Source: an uncultured Nitrososphaerales archaeon (GTDB lineage Archaea; Thermoproteota; Nitrososphaeria; Nitrososphaerales; Nitrososphaeraceae). Taken from it: a stretch of DNA of 64,000 nucleotides. The stretch lies in NCBI GenBank assembly GCA_963709405.1, contig CAVPXM010000038.1, forward strand, positions 96,867 through 160,866. The letters run 5' to 3'. Below the pieces are notes generated by a model. It ran no database searches. It was not told the DNA's origin and worked only from the letters and a program-made list of their open reading frames with translations. Both the position numbers and the translations under genes were made by a program. Below, in pieces: positions 1 through 13,687 of this stretch (position 1 is its first letter; the number at the start of each line of letters is the position of its first letter).

Positions 1-543
1 TGTCTAGAGGAGATGAAATTATCAGGACTAAGGGAGATGCAAACTCACGTTCAATCCCTTTCATCGACTATCCCATAAGAAAACAAAATTATGTCGGTAA
101 GGTGATTTATGTCTTCCCTAAACTCGGTTTGATAACCAAACTAACCAATCCGCCCACAAATTATTTCATTATGGCTGGTGTAATAATATTGATAGTCGTA
201 TATTACACAAAAACTGGAAAGAAAGAAGGACCGACGCAAACATAGTTGATTTGGAAACGGGGCTTTTTAGAATGCTCTGTCGGTTGTCACTTTTGCTCAG
301 CTAAAAATTCCAGATAGTTTACAATATTCAACAAACTTGCCATTTTGAGTGATTATCCTTTTTGCTAACTCCACGTATCAGCGATTACATGCGCTATTCG
401 TAACCAAGTTTTTGGTGCTTCCATAATTCAATCTTTTTTCAATACTATCTTCAGAAACAAAGTTGCACTTGGCATCAATACCAATTAAAACATAGCTGTG
501 GGTTCTTGAAATAGAATCTGAATAATAACCAATCAAATAAGGA

Positions 544-3132
544 TTATGAAATTGCTGCTACCTCAACTTGAGAGCGATTTCCATCTTTAGTTACCCTATA
601 TACCTTATCGACATAACTTTCTAATTCACGTTCGTGTGATACCATGATTATTTGCGCAGAAGGCAATTCATCTAGCACTTGTCTTAGCCTAGTCAACTGT
701 TCTTTTCCGAAGCCATCAGTAGGCTCGTCTAATATTAATAGCGCATTGTCCATACCTGCGACTTTCTTAAGCATTGTATTTAGTGCAAGCCTATAAGCCA
801 ATGCAACTGACGTCTTTTCTCCACCACTTAGGCTGTTCGTACTCAATGAATATCCGCTCAGACTTACGCTGGGCGTGAAATTTGCGTCTACATCTACGCT
901 AACATCACCGGTTTCCATCAGAATATAAAACCATCTTTGAAATAGCTGGTTAAATTCATCGTTAATGCTTTGAAGCACATATCGTTCTATGTCTTGAATA
1001 GCCGGTATAAAGCATTGTTCCAACCAATTGTTAGTCTGTTGCAGGATCAGTTTTTCTTTATAAAGATTTTTTTTGTCTTTAATTTCTTTTTCAAGTTCAT
1101 TCAAACTTGATTTTAGCAACGCCACTTCCGAACGCTTTCCTGAGATCATCTGTTGAATTTGTGATATGTCATTCTCCAATCTAGTAGAGTCTCTTTCCAG
1201 TACCTCTAGATCTCGTATAGTATACTCATTCTCTTTTAACAAAGTTATCCGCTCCCCTAATTCTCGCATAGACGATTTAAGTTCATGTTTAAGATTGTCA
1301 ATTAGAATTATGGTACTCTCTATCTCGTTTTCAAGCTTTAATTTCCTTTTCAATTCCTGTGATGTTTCAATATATCTGGTTTCAATTTTTTCCATTTCAT
1401 ATTTCGATATTGTTTGCTTGGCTTCATCATGCTCCTCGTGGTCTTTTGACAAGACTGCTACGTCGCTTAAGATTTCTGTCAGCTTCTTTCTCTCTTCATG
1501 AGAGTGATTTCCGTCGAATAGTTTTCTTGTGCTCTCCAATATCGCAGAGTCCTTTAGCTGTAACGCTTCTCTTCTATTGACAACAGAATTACCCTTCTCA
1601 TGTATTTTACCTAGCTCCCGGTGAACGTTAGTCAGGTAATCTTCCTTGACTTCAAGATGTCTTATCATATTTCTTTTTTCAATTGTTTTCCGTTGGTAAT
1701 CGGCAATCATATTTCTTAGGAAACGGATAGGAGTATCCATTCCTATTTTTTCTTCATCAAATTCTCTTTTGACTTTTGAAACATGTTCCAGATCCAGTTT
1801 CTGTCTGCACATCGGACATGTTGCATCTTTTCCTATTTTGAGTATATTTTGAACTTCTTTTTGTTTCTTGAGTATTTGTTCTTCTATAGTTGCTACTTCT
1901 GTCACATATTTGGATATTTCAGACAAAAAAGTCGCATATTCTTCTCTCAGTGCAGGGAGCTGTGCAACTGATTTTTGTAATTCTAAAGCTTCTATTTGTA
2001 ATGCTTTTGATTCTTCTTTTACGCCTATTTCGTCATCGTTTATTTTTTTTAATTCTGCCTTCCTTTCTGCGGTTAGTCTTTCAATCTCCAATTCTAAGTT
2101 TCTTCTCGTATTTTCAAGGTTCTGTTCGACTGAGCTCCTTTCTTTCTCTAATCTTTCATAACGTCTCATCGCAGGATCTAATTGCCTCAATATGTCCTTT
2201 TTTGAAAGATAATTATCGTAGGCAAGTTTTAGATCGCTTATCACAAGATCTTTACAGTTGAGCGATTCTAACTCAAGTTTAAAAATTCTTAATCTTTCAT
2301 GTTCTTTCTTCAAACTGTCTTGTTTTCCCTTAATAATGATATTCAGGTGTGGTAATGATGCTCTGAGCTCCAAAACAAGATTTTTTTTCTCTCCGAGGTC
2401 TTTTATCTTTCTTCTTAGTTCATTTGCTTCTTTTCTTAATTCTGAAATTTCCAACTCGTGTCTTTTCATATCTGCACTCAGCATGCCAAGTCTAGTCTTG
2501 ATCTTTTGAAGTGATGTTTCTTTTTCCTGCAAATTCCTTGTCAATTCTGTACGTAGACGAACTTCAGCGTTTGACCAGCTCAAAAATATTGTTGCATTCC
2601 TTCTTGCTGCACTATAGTCTTCGATATTAAACGCTCTTCTTAAAATCTCCAGTCTTCGTTCTGGGCTTTCTGACAGTATTTGTTTCATCATAGCCTGTGG
2701 AGTGAAGATGGCATAACGGTAAATCGCAGACGTAGTTCTAGTTTGTGTTTTCTCATTAATATTAATAATTTTCAAGATTCTTGTTTTCATTTCGCTGACC
2801 GAATACCTGATTTTTTCGCATCCTTCAACAATGTAGCCTTCATTCTGAGTGACTTTACCTAAACTACGTCTTGCTATACTTCTAAATACTCGATAATTTT
2901 TGCTGCCCACTTGAAAATCGAGAAGAACAGAACCGTTAGTTTCACCTAACCTCAAAAGACTGTTACCATCTATATCTCCTAATCCAAATAGTGAAAATTC
3001 AATTGCAGATAGGATAGTTGATTTTCCAGAGCCAATATCACCTTGGAAAAGGACTCGGCCTTCAGGAATGGTTATCTCTGTTTCTCCTTTGTAGCTTCTA
3101 ATATTATGTAGAACAATTTTCCTAAGTAGCAT
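544..3132 (-). CDS. rad50: DNA double-strand break repair ATPase Rad50
   Basis: Walker A GDIGSGKS, long coiled coil, CPMC zinc hook, LSGGE signature, LLILDEPT Walker B, VSH loop; directly downstream of mre11. Confidence 0.95.
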   Translation of the reverse strand: MLLRKIVLHNIRSYKGETEITIPEGRVLFQGDIGSGKSTILSAIEFSLFGLGDIDGNSLLRLGETNGSVLLDFQVGSKNYRVFRSIARRSLGKVTQNEGYIVEGCEKIRYSVSEMKTRILKIININEKTQTRTTSAIYRYAIFTPQAMMKQILSESPERRLEILRRAFNIEDYSAARRNATIFLSWSNAEVRLRTELTRNLQEKETSLQKIKTRLGMLSADMKRHELEISELRKEANELRRKIKDLGEKKNLVLELRASLPHLNIIIKGKQDSLKKEHERLRIFKLELESLNCKDLVISDLKLAYDNYLSKKDILRQLDPAMRRYERLEKERSSVEQNLENTRRNLELEIERLTAERKAELKKINDDEIGVKEESKALQIEALELQKSVAQLPALREEYATFLSEISKYVTEVATIEEQILKKQKEVQNILKIGKDATCPMCRQKLDLEHVSKVKREFDEEKIGMDTPIRFLRNMIADYQRKTIEKRNMIRHLEVKEDYLTNVHRELGKIHEKGNSVVNRREALQLKDSAILESTRKLFDGNHSHEERKKLTEILSDVAVLSKDHEEHDEAKQTISKYEMEKIETRYIETSQELKRKLKLENEIESTIILIDNLKHELKSSMRELGERITLLKENEYTIRDLEVLERDSTRLENDISQIQQMISGKRSEVALLKSSLNELEKEIKDKKNLYKEKLILQQTNNWLEQCFIPAIQDIERYVLQSINDEFNQLFQRWFYILMETGDVSVDVDANFTPSVSLSGYSLSTNSLSGGEKTSVALAYRLALNTMLKKVAGMDNALLILDEPTDGFGKEQLTRLRQVLDELPSAQIIMVSHERELESYVDKVYRVTKDGNRSQVEVAAIS

Positions 3133-3141
3133 ATGCTAGTC

Positions 3142-4446
3142 TTATATCTCTAATCCTAGCACAGTCTTTGCATCCATCAAGACTCTTTTATCATACTCAT
3201 TCACAGTTTCGTTTTCGATTTTTTCCATTTTTAGAGCCGATAACAAGTTGATCGCGCTATATTCACCATTCCCTGCTACAAGCTTGGAATTGATTAATTT
3301 CTGTACTTCATTATCTGCTATTGTTGGATCAATTCTAAATGAGGATATTCTCGCTCTCAGTATGTTCTTTTCAATATCTCCTATATTTGTCCCAATAACT
3401 TCGGTCAACCTCGAAACCTCTGAAGGAAATAGACTGTTCCTATTAATAAAAGTCAATAGTGCTCCTCTAGCTGAAAGGTGCTCTTCAAACTGTGAAAAAT
3501 TGATATCTGATCGCTTTCCTGATAACAGGGTTCCCTTTACCTTGATCAATACTATTTTATTTCTTAAATTCTCTTCCATATTATCAAGTTCAAGAGATAT
3601 TTTATCCTCTACCTGTTTAGTCGTCAATCGATTTACATTCATTGTTCTTAATATTATGTCAACTATTTTTACTTCTATAAAATTAGCACTTATACTTTCA
3701 CTATCAGAATCATATTCAATAACATAAAAACCTCTAAGTTCACCATCTGCAGTGTCTTCCAGATCAGTAAACGTGGATCCAAACAATGGTCCGGGATATA
3801 TTATGAAGCTTTTTCCGTCATTATGTTTATATTCAATTCTCCTGTGTAAATGACCACCCCCATAATATTTGAATCCTTTTGGCAATTGAGATAGTGGGAT
3901 AGATCCTCCATATGCAAGATCAGCAGGCGTTAATTCAGCGATTGGTATATGAAAAAGAAAAATCTTGATCCCTTCTTCAGATTCCAATGCACCAATATCA
4001 ATAGTTCTGTAATAGTGTCTATCAAGACCAGATTGCCTGCCCGATAACCCAGTAATCTTAAAGCCGTTTTTTTGATCTTGAACAAACTTTAACCTCATTT
4101 TATCTCTTATTCGCTCAAATTCGACTGGCTTTATGAATAATCCTGCTGTTTGAAGTATATCTATTATTGATACTGTACTCGCAGTGAAATCATGTGAGCC
4201 GTAAATCATATAGATCTCAATATGTCTACTCTTAGCATTACGCATAATCTCTACCGCATATTTAACGTGCTCGAGCTCTGGAACGCTGACATCGAAGAAA
4301 TCTCCAGTAATTACGATAAAGTCTACTTTTTCGCTTATACATATAGACACAGCCCTTTCAAAAGCTCTTAAATTAATTTCTCTCAGCCTAGGATTTCTCC
4401 ATGCTCCAAGATGACAGTCCGTTATATGCGCGAATTTATGATGCAT
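3142..4446 (-). CDS. mre11: DNA repair nuclease Mre11
   Basis: Phosphoesterase motifs DCHLG, GDFFD, GSHD, GHLH, YPG; 9 bp from rad50. Confidence 0.93.
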   Translation of the reverse strand: MHHKFAHITDCHLGAWRNPRLREINLRAFERAVSICISEKVDFIVITGDFFDVSVPELEHVKYAVEIMRNAKSRHIEIYMIYGSHDFTASTVSIIDILQTAGLFIKPVEFERIRDKMRLKFVQDQKNGFKITGLSGRQSGLDRHYYRTIDIGALESEEGIKIFLFHIPIAELTPADLAYGGSIPLSQLPKGFKYYGGGHLHRRIEYKHNDGKSFIIYPGPLFGSTFTDLEDTADGELRGFYVIEYDSDSESISANFIEVKIVDIILRTMNVNRLTTKQVEDKISLELDNMEENLRNKIVLIKVKGTLLSGKRSDINFSQFEEHLSARGALLTFINRNSLFPSEVSRLTEVIGTNIGDIEKNILRARISSFRIDPTIADNEVQKLINSKLVAGNGEYSAINLLSALKMEKIENETVNEYDKRVLMDAKTVLGLEI

Positions 4447-5057
4447 GAGAATATAATTACAAGTGCTCGATAACGTTAATAAACAGTTTCTATAAATGCG
4501 CTAAATAATTTCTTGTCTAACCTGCCTTATTGAAAGGATCATTATCAACAGTTCAACACAATTCTTGTGGGTTTTGCGTTTAAAGACAAGCCCTAGTCTA
4601 TTAGATTGTCATTATATGTTATTGAAAATTGATAATACCATTATCGTAGATCATAATGAATATAGTCTTAGTCGTAGTTTTGGTAAACTAACTGAACAGC
4701 ATCTATCTAAAAATATTCATTAAGCTCCAAAATGGGATTTATTGAGCTTTACTGGTATGAGTGTAGCGAAAAACTGGTTAGATAGATGTAAATATTCAGT
4801 ACCTTGGTTTTGATGTTATCGACAATTCGCATAGTGTGCTGATTGAAAATGAGTCGGCGTAAGAAAAATACCTTCCGCATCGAACGTTCAATTTCTCGTC
4901 TTTCTCCTGCTTACTGCAGCTACTAATTCAGATAACATAGGTGAATATCTATTGGTAACGATTGACCACACGAAAGTTCTAAAAAATTCTAATAAGAAAT
5001 TGCGCAGCGATTTCTACGAACGGCCTACGAAAGTAAATCGTATTTCATGTAGTTCCA

Positions 5058-5558
5058 TCATTTCTTTTTATGCCCATAATCCCAGGTGGAATAATAATCT
5101 GGTGTAATTTCTAAAATAATTGATTCCCCGTTTTTTACATTACTCATTAGAGAGGTAGCCATTGGGTGTGCTAGACTTCCAAGATATCTGACCATAATCT
5201 TTTCAGATATAGGTATATTATGAGTAACATCTTCATATATTCTTACCTTACCTTTTCCTCTAACTCCCTTATACGGCTGGTTTGGGTCATCAACACAGTA
5301 ATAAACTAAATTCCTAGCGTTTAAATTTTCAATCTTCTTCGAAGTCCTTGAAGTCTCTATATAAAATTTCTTGTTTCCTGCGTCGAAGTAATACCAAGTT
5401 GGATGTATATTTGGTTCTCCTTTTCCATCAAGAGTAGCTATATGAATATTGAGCTTACTATTGGTCAAAAAACTTATTATTTCATCCTCTGTTAATGGTG
5501 TGCCCATCCCTGGACTGGCATTCATGATTTTCATATGGTATTTGGAATTAGAGAACAT
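5058..5558 (-). CDS. Pyridoxamine 5'-phosphate oxidase-like (split beta-barrel, F420/FMN-binding) protein
   Basis: IATLDGKGEPNIHPTWY, K..N+ segment and SWDY-like terminus typical of PPOX family; true start may be a later Met. Confidence 0.8.
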   Translation of the reverse strand: MFSNSKYHMKIMNASPGMGTPLTEDEIISFLTNSKLNIHIATLDGKGEPNIHPTWYYFDAGNKKFYIETSRTSKKIENLNARNLVYYCVDDPNQPYKGVRGKGKVRIYEDVTHNIPISEKIMVRYLGSLAHPMATSLMSNVKNGESIILEITPDYYSTWDYGHKKK

Positions 5559-5976
5559 TATATATTTGTGATTGTACTATATGCTGATCACGTTGAATTT
5601 ATTATAATTCAGTAAATTGTTTTTATAATAAGAGAGGTCGTGTGCAAGAATCTTTCAACATTTCTTATAATTCTTAGAAACGAGTAACGCGAATGAAAAC
5701 GCGAAGAATGTTTTGATATCTATGCTTCAACAGATCACTATGTGTAACGGGTCTGAATTTTGATACTGGAAATGTTTGAGCTCGTATCACTCCCCTAAGG
5801 TAAGATGAATTGCACAGAGAAAAGGTATGTATAAAAAATCATTTATGTGTTATCTTAAAGACATTAAGTTTCAAATATTATGCATTATTAGCGATTGTAA
5901 CATTAAGACTTGTCACAACGGTAGTGAACGGAAATGAGACATCGTCCCACCAAAATTATCAAGTTAGGTCTAGATA

Positions 5977-6722
5977 GGTTCTGTTAACTTAGAGATACCT
6001 CCACCTCCTTAGATTATCAGATTTAGTACTAGATTTGATAACGCTACTGTGCATAAATATGAACAGGATGAGCCATTTGTGAACATGCCTAAATAAGATT
6101 GCATAATCCAGCTCTCATACATGGATTGTAGTAATCATCAAATGCCTCAGTACTATCTATCCTTTAGATATCCTACCGTTCTTTCAACTTTACTCGTTTC
6201 ATATGGCGAATGCAATCTATGCTCTAGTTAGTCCTAATGATATACATGCTTCCGGATACCATGTTCCGCCATTACAATAAACCACAACATGTTTGCCATA
6301 ACTCCTGATTAAAGAAAGATCTTAGGAACGATTCAGCTAAAATCATAAAATTCCTATGTCTTGAGATGTAAACTCCAAGAATTTGTCTGTGTGCTGGTTC
6401 TACAACTGCAAGCCATAACCAAGCTTGGTCGTGGTTTCATCAATTAAAAAAGGTAGATATTTTTTACAACGATAAAAACGCCTTCAATTGAATCTCTGAA
6501 ACCCATTTCCATACAGCAACAACATGACTCCTTCCTCCCTCTCCCTTTTCCAAATAATTGGATTGCTTTAGATGTATTTCTAAACTTTACTTAAACCTAG
6601 AAAATATAAGAATAATGCATACAACAATACTGTCTCTGCTCATGTTCTATCATACTCAAATAAGCTCATAGAATATGAGAAAATGTTCGCAGTCATAGCT
6701 TTATCGCTAAGTTAACAGGGCC
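5977..6722 (-). mobile_element. IS6-family insertion sequence with decayed transposase
   Basis: 16-bp TIRs GGTTCTGTTAACTTAG (5977) and revcomp GGCCCTGTTAACTTAG (6707-6722); 8-bp direct repeat TCTAGATA at 5969-5976 and 6723-6730; broken minus-strand frames read AVWKW, LIDET, AWLWLAV.EP, GGTWYPEAC, EAFDDYY. Confidence 0.92.
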
Positions 6723-6820
6723 TCTAGATATTAGAAAATCTACTTATTCCAGAATTAAAGGAAGTTCTTTAAATTTGAAAACAAACAAATACTTAGTAAA
6801 ATATAGGCAGTTAATTAGAA

Positions 6821-7879
6821 GTGTCACGAAAAACAACCATATCGACTAAAATAAGCGACTACTATTCATGCATGAATTCCATAGTTGTAATGCCGGATTT
6901 CTTTTTAGACAGAATTATCCGATTAAGATCAAAAGAGGAATTTTTTAATGGCTTAGCTGAGAAGGCAAGATTTGGTGGCGGTAGTATTCGTGATATCCCT
7001 ACTAAGGATCTAAAAGGTGGAAATGCTGTAAATATTGCATATAGTCTTGCCAGATTAGGAGCAAATGTTGCACTTTTCACTGTCGGAGACGAAATTGCAT
7101 CAGCTTTACTTCACCAAACCTTTTTGGAGTTCAAGAATAATGTAGATCTATTGATCGTACCTGGAAATCATGGCCGTACGACATCCTTCGAATTTCTAAG
7201 CGAGGTAGAGCCGAAATTTAATGTCATGGTAAGTGACGTTGGTGACAACGCAGACTTTGGGCCTGAGAAGGTTAATTCTGAGAAACATCTAAAAATACTG
7301 GGTAATGCTGATACAACAGTGGTTGCAAATTGGGCCAGCAATTTGAATGGAACACAATTAGCGGAGTACGTATTTGAAAATTCCCCAAAAGCCTTACACT
7401 TTATAGATCCAGCAGATATAGAATCTAGAAAGGAAGATTTTCAAAAATGCCTCGAAAGGATTGCAAAAATTACTGATGTTTTAAGTATAAACGAGAATGA
7501 GTGTAATTCTCTCGGAAAAGCTATAGGTCTAGGGACATTAATACCAGAACATTACGAGCCTGATATAGTGAAGAATGCTGCAAAGTTAATTGCGGATCAG
7601 ATCCGAATTAGCACAGACCTACATACAAGAAAAGGATCAGCATGGTCTAATGGTAGAGAAGCTGAATTTGTTCATTCCATTCGAGTTGAACCCAAAACTC
7701 TGACTGGTGCAGGCGATGTATGGGATGCTGCTGACGTAATTGGATATATGGCAGGTTTAGATTCAAGGGAAAGGTTGATATTTTCTAACGCAAGCGTTTC
7801 ACTGTATGTTAGAAACCCTTCTGCCCTACCGCCAAGATTAGATGAGGTATTTGATATGTTAGAAAGAATTGGAGTATAG
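6821..7879 (+). CDS. PfkB/ribokinase-family carbohydrate kinase
   Basis: GGNAVNIAYSLARLG, NENE and TGAGD PfkB signatures. Confidence 0.85.
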   Translation: MSRKTTISTKISDYYSCMNSIVVMPDFFLDRIIRLRSKEEFFNGLAEKARFGGGSIRDIPTKDLKGGNAVNIAYSLARLGANVALFTVGDEIASALLHQTFLEFKNNVDLLIVPGNHGRTTSFEFLSEVEPKFNVMVSDVGDNADFGPEKVNSEKHLKILGNADTTVVANWASNLNGTQLAEYVFENSPKALHFIDPADIESRKEDFQKCLERIAKITDVLSINENECNSLGKAIGLGTLIPEHYEPDIVKNAAKLIADQIRISTDLHTRKGSAWSNGREAEFVHSIRVEPKTLTGAGDVWDAADVIGYMAGLDSRERLIFSNASVSLYVRNPSALPPRLDEVFDMLERIGV

Positions 7880-7923
7880 CAAGAATGTTAGCAAATACAT
7901 GGAGTAATAAGACGAAAGCTAGT

Positions 7924-8637
7924 TTAGTTGTTTGCGCTGTACGCCTCACGCATTGAAGTTATGTATGAACTGCCATCAGAGTCTAGCTTCCTTTGAAACA
8001 GTCTTGTAAGTAATTGTAAAATCCTATATGAACCCACCATCGCATCTACTTTTTCTCTATCTGAGACAGCATTGGTTTCAATTATGACATAGTCAGACAT
8101 TAATCTCAGATTAACCTGGAATGATGCGGCAGTAGTTGTTGGACTACTGGTCACACCTGACCGAATATCGTCGTCGATACTAATCCATTGTAATACATAT
8201 TGAGATCCATCATTAATGAAACCGGCCCATCTAAGTTTATCGAACCATTTACCTATCAGATTTTCAGCTATTTCGCTAATTCTCATCCTTATAGGAATGT
8301 ATGTTTGTAGAAGGGGAGAATACTTCCTACGAAGATTCACATTAGTAATACTCCCACCTAAATAGTGGCTTGACATTATCGACTCCCCGTCCTTGGTCAG
8401 CTTGAATCCAGATGGCGATCTTTCTATCAAACCTAAATCCTCTAGTCTACCTAATGCTCTACTTAGACTCTGCTGGTGAAGATTAAGACTTCTCATCAAC
8501 CCTCTAAATGAGTAGTTAGAACCGGATTCCTTACCAAATAAGGAAAGTATTCTACTGTCATTCTGCCGCAAGTCGCTAGTTGAGATCGTTTTAGTGTCGT
8601 TAACTACTAGCTGATATGTATGATTTTGATTAGACAT
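7924..8637 (-). CDS. Winged-helix (MarR-like) domain protein
   Basis: SFRGLMRSLNLHQQSLSRALGRLEDLGLIER..FKLT wHTH; start uncertain. Confidence 0.65.
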   Translation of the reverse strand: MSNQNHTYQLVVNDTKTISTSDLRQNDSRILSLFGKESGSNYSFRGLMRSLNLHQQSLSRALGRLEDLGLIERSPSGFKLTKDGESIMSSHYLGGSITNVNLRRKYSPLLQTYIPIRMRISEIAENLIGKWFDKLRWAGFINDGSQYVLQWISIDDDIRSGVTSSPTTTAASFQVNLRLMSDYVIIETNAVSDREKVDAMVGSYRILQLLTRLFQRKLDSDGSSYITSMREAYSANN

Positions 8638-9173
8638 CGCGTTCTCGTTGGCGTTTTGATAATTCTCAATAACAATATCTTTTACAGATGGATCTCCAGA
8701 TTCATTCTTGTCGCTTTCTATAAATTATTCACCCTCCATTTTTCGATTATTATTATAATTATTGATGATTCAGGATATAAATCGTTATCAATTCTCTTCA
8801 ATGTCTCTCCGCTCAGCGTCCTGTTATTATATATCAACACTAACAGATATTGACCACTATTAATGCATCGTAGTCACAGATCATCACAACTAGAGAAGAC
8901 TATATGCTCCAAATAATGCAAACAGCTTACAGTTGCCAGGGGAAAAATACTCAACCAAAAGAAAAGTTTAATCCGTCATAGATTAATAGTCACAATCCCA
9001 TTAATAACACTATATTTTTGCCTAGCTGATTTGTAAATTTAGTACTAGCAGATTGCAATGGGTTATACAATTTATCTTTTATATATTCGATATAATTAAT
9101 ATACAGCGATACGATTTTTTGTTTGAAGCATCGAAATGCATTTAACTATCTACGTTCGACTTTGTTTTGTTGT

Positions 9174-11298
9174 ATGTCATCAACTAATTCACAAAATATT
9201 TTTCTCTCTCCACGATCTATTGCTGTCATCGGTGCTTCAGACAAACCCGGTGTTGGGAAGGCGATTTTTTCAAATATTGTCAATGGATACAAAGGAAAAA
9301 TTTATCCCATCACACCTTCCAATGAGCTTGTTTCTGGCCTCAAGGCTTACAAGAGTGTCTTAGAAGTCCCCGACCAAATCGACCTAGCGGTAGTTGCTAC
9401 TCCTAACAGAAGCGTACCTAAAGTAATGGAAGAGATAGGCAAGAAAAAGATTAAAGGCGCCATAGTAGTCTCTGCAGGGTTCAAAGAAGTTGATGAGAAC
9501 GGGGCAAGGTTAGAGAAGGAAATCGGCGTCATAGGTAAGAATTATGGGATACGAATCATCGGACCCAATTGCCTCGGAATAATGAGTCTATCACAGAGAA
9601 ATATGATGAATGCAACCTTCTTAAAAATAACTCCACGATTTGGTACGATTGCACTCGTCTCTCAAAGCGGTGCGATTTGTGCAGCCACAGTAGAAGATGC
9701 AATAGCACAGAATATTGGTTTCTCTAAAGTAATTAGCATGGGAAATAAGGTCGACATGAATGAAAACGATATTCTTGAACTCCTATCATACGATGACGAA
9801 ACAAGAGTGATAGTAATGTACCTCGAAGACATCCATGATGGCAGAGGATTTATGGAAATTACAAAGAAAATTACTAGAGAGTTGAAGAAGCCTATCATCG
9901 GTACTAAAAGCAGGTAGAACGCCAGAGGGCGCAAAAGCTGCGATGTCGCATACAGGCGCACTTATGGGAAGCGACGAGACATTTGACGCATTATTCACGC
10001 AATGTGGAATCATAAGGGTAGATACAATGCAAGAACTATTTGAGCTTGCAACCGCATTTTCAAAACAACCTGTGCCTAAATCAGGTTCAGGAATTGCAAT
10101 TGTGTCTAACGCCGGTGGTCCGGCTATTATCTCGACTGATGCTTGTTCTAAATATGGTTTAAAAATGGCTGATTTATCTGATTCAAGGGATGCAATAAAC
10201 AAAATAATACCACATCATGGTTCGTCAAGAAATCCAGTAGATATAGTTGGAGATGCTGACTCTAATCGTTTTGAAAAAGTAATCCTCGAAGTATTATCCA
10301 ATAATCATGTTGGGTCTATAGTTACGATGTGTACACCTTCAGCAACGTTGAATTATGACGACCTGGCGAGAACGATTGTTAAGACTTCTAGGGCAATGGG
10401 GCAGGGTAAAACTATGGTTGCAGCATTGATGGGATTAGCTGAAGGCCTTGAAAATAAACAAATACTATCTGACGGCGATATTCCACATTTTATGTACGCT
10501 GAACCAGCCATTAGGACTCTGAACGCTATGTATGCTTTTAGAGAATGGATAACAAAATCATCTGATGTACCAAAGCAATTCCACGTCGACCGATCTAAGG
10601 TTAGAACCGTGTTTAACGAAGTTAGGAGCCAGTCCAGAACAAACCTGCTAGAAGATGAAGGATATAGAGTTCTTGAAGCATATGGATTTTCTATACCGAA
10701 AAAGCATCTAGCAAGAAGTGAAGAAGATTGCATAAAAGCTATTGATGAGATTGGCTATCCCGTAGTAATGAAGATAGCCTCTGCAGACATCATTCATAAA
10801 TCTGATGCTGGTGGAGTGAAAATTGGATTAAAAAATGAAGATGAGGCAAGACAGGCATATAGAGCAATTATAGACAACGCCAAAAAATATAAACAAGATG
10901 CTAAGATTGATGGCGTACTTGTTCAAGAAATGATAAAAAATGGAAAGGAAACAATTCTGGGTGCGAAATTCGATCCAATTTTGGGGCCGCTTATGATGTT
11001 TGGTCTTGGTGGAATTTATGTTGAAGTTCTAAAGGATGTAGTCTTTAGGCTTGCCCCAATAGATGAACAAGAAGCTGCAAGAATGATTGAATCAGTAAGA
11101 ACTATCAATCTGCTCAAAGGGGTCAGGGGCGAAAAACCACATGATCTTATAGCCATAAAAGAATCTTTACAACGGCTTTCTCAACTAATTACAGATTTTC
11201 AAGAAATTGAAGAACTCGATGTCAATCCGCTACTGGTATTAGAAGAAGGGAAAGGTGTACGGGCTTTAGATATTAGGATAAACCTCAAGAGAATATAG
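9174..11298 (+). CDS. ADP-forming acyl-CoA synthetase, probably 4-hydroxybutyrate-CoA ligase of the 3HP/4HB cycle; +1 frameshift near 9900
   Basis: SIAVIGAS, GPNCLG, SQSGA, SHTGAL (phospho-His), NPVD and HKSDAGGV ATP-grasp in alpha-beta order; removing one G at 9900/9901 joins the ORFs as PIIVLKAGRTPEG. Confidence 0.85.
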
Positions 11299-11947
11299 TA
11301 ATAAATCATATTGAAAAATGGTGCAAGTTAATTTCAATTTTATTATCAAAGTCTAAAATGACAGCAAATCTTGCAGTATGGCGCATTAGTTAAATCGTTT
11401 AGTTATTGCCCATTATTTCTTCCAATATCACGATGCAAAAGTGACTTTATAGTGGTTTTCTGCTGAAGGGAACCTCTACGATCAAGACTGGGTATATATG
11501 TATCTCCTTGTTCTATTATGTATTTTGACTTATCAAAGGATTTTCAAAGAAATTTAGGATAAGATCAACCTAGCCCTTTGATGCAGTGCCAGATAACAAG
11601 GGGGTTTCAAGTAGCTCTATTTAGGCTATTGACTATATTTCACAAGATTTAAGTGCTGCGTGCCAAATAAGAAAATCGTCGAATAGCCTTAGTTTAGGTA
11701 CCCCACATGGAGGACGATTTCAGAAATTGATGACAACTGAGTATTCCCTACCTTATGGAAGAGCACAGTAGAAGAAGTTTATTGTGGTGTTAGAGATTAG
11801 ATCGAATGGGCAGAGGCTCCAAATTATGTCTGCCTAGTCACATTTAGTGTGTGGAGTTCTCGCAAAATTAGCAAAGCATGGCAAGAAGAAATAAAATGTA
11901 AGAAAGCCGATAAAGAGATGGTCGTAAGTAATGATTTAGACCAAGCG

Positions 11948-13657
<1,710 letters not shown>

Positions 13658-13687
13658 TTTTCACCTAATAGAATAGTACAGCTGTTA

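Noticed and set aside
1166-3727. Plus-strand ORFs over rad50/mre11 and similar antisense ORFs elsewhere
   Set aside because: Fully overlap confident genes; composition typical of antisense frames
11300-11940. Possible structured RNA between the ligase and thermosome
   Set aside because: No recognisable SRP, RNase P or tRNA motifs or stable stems by eye
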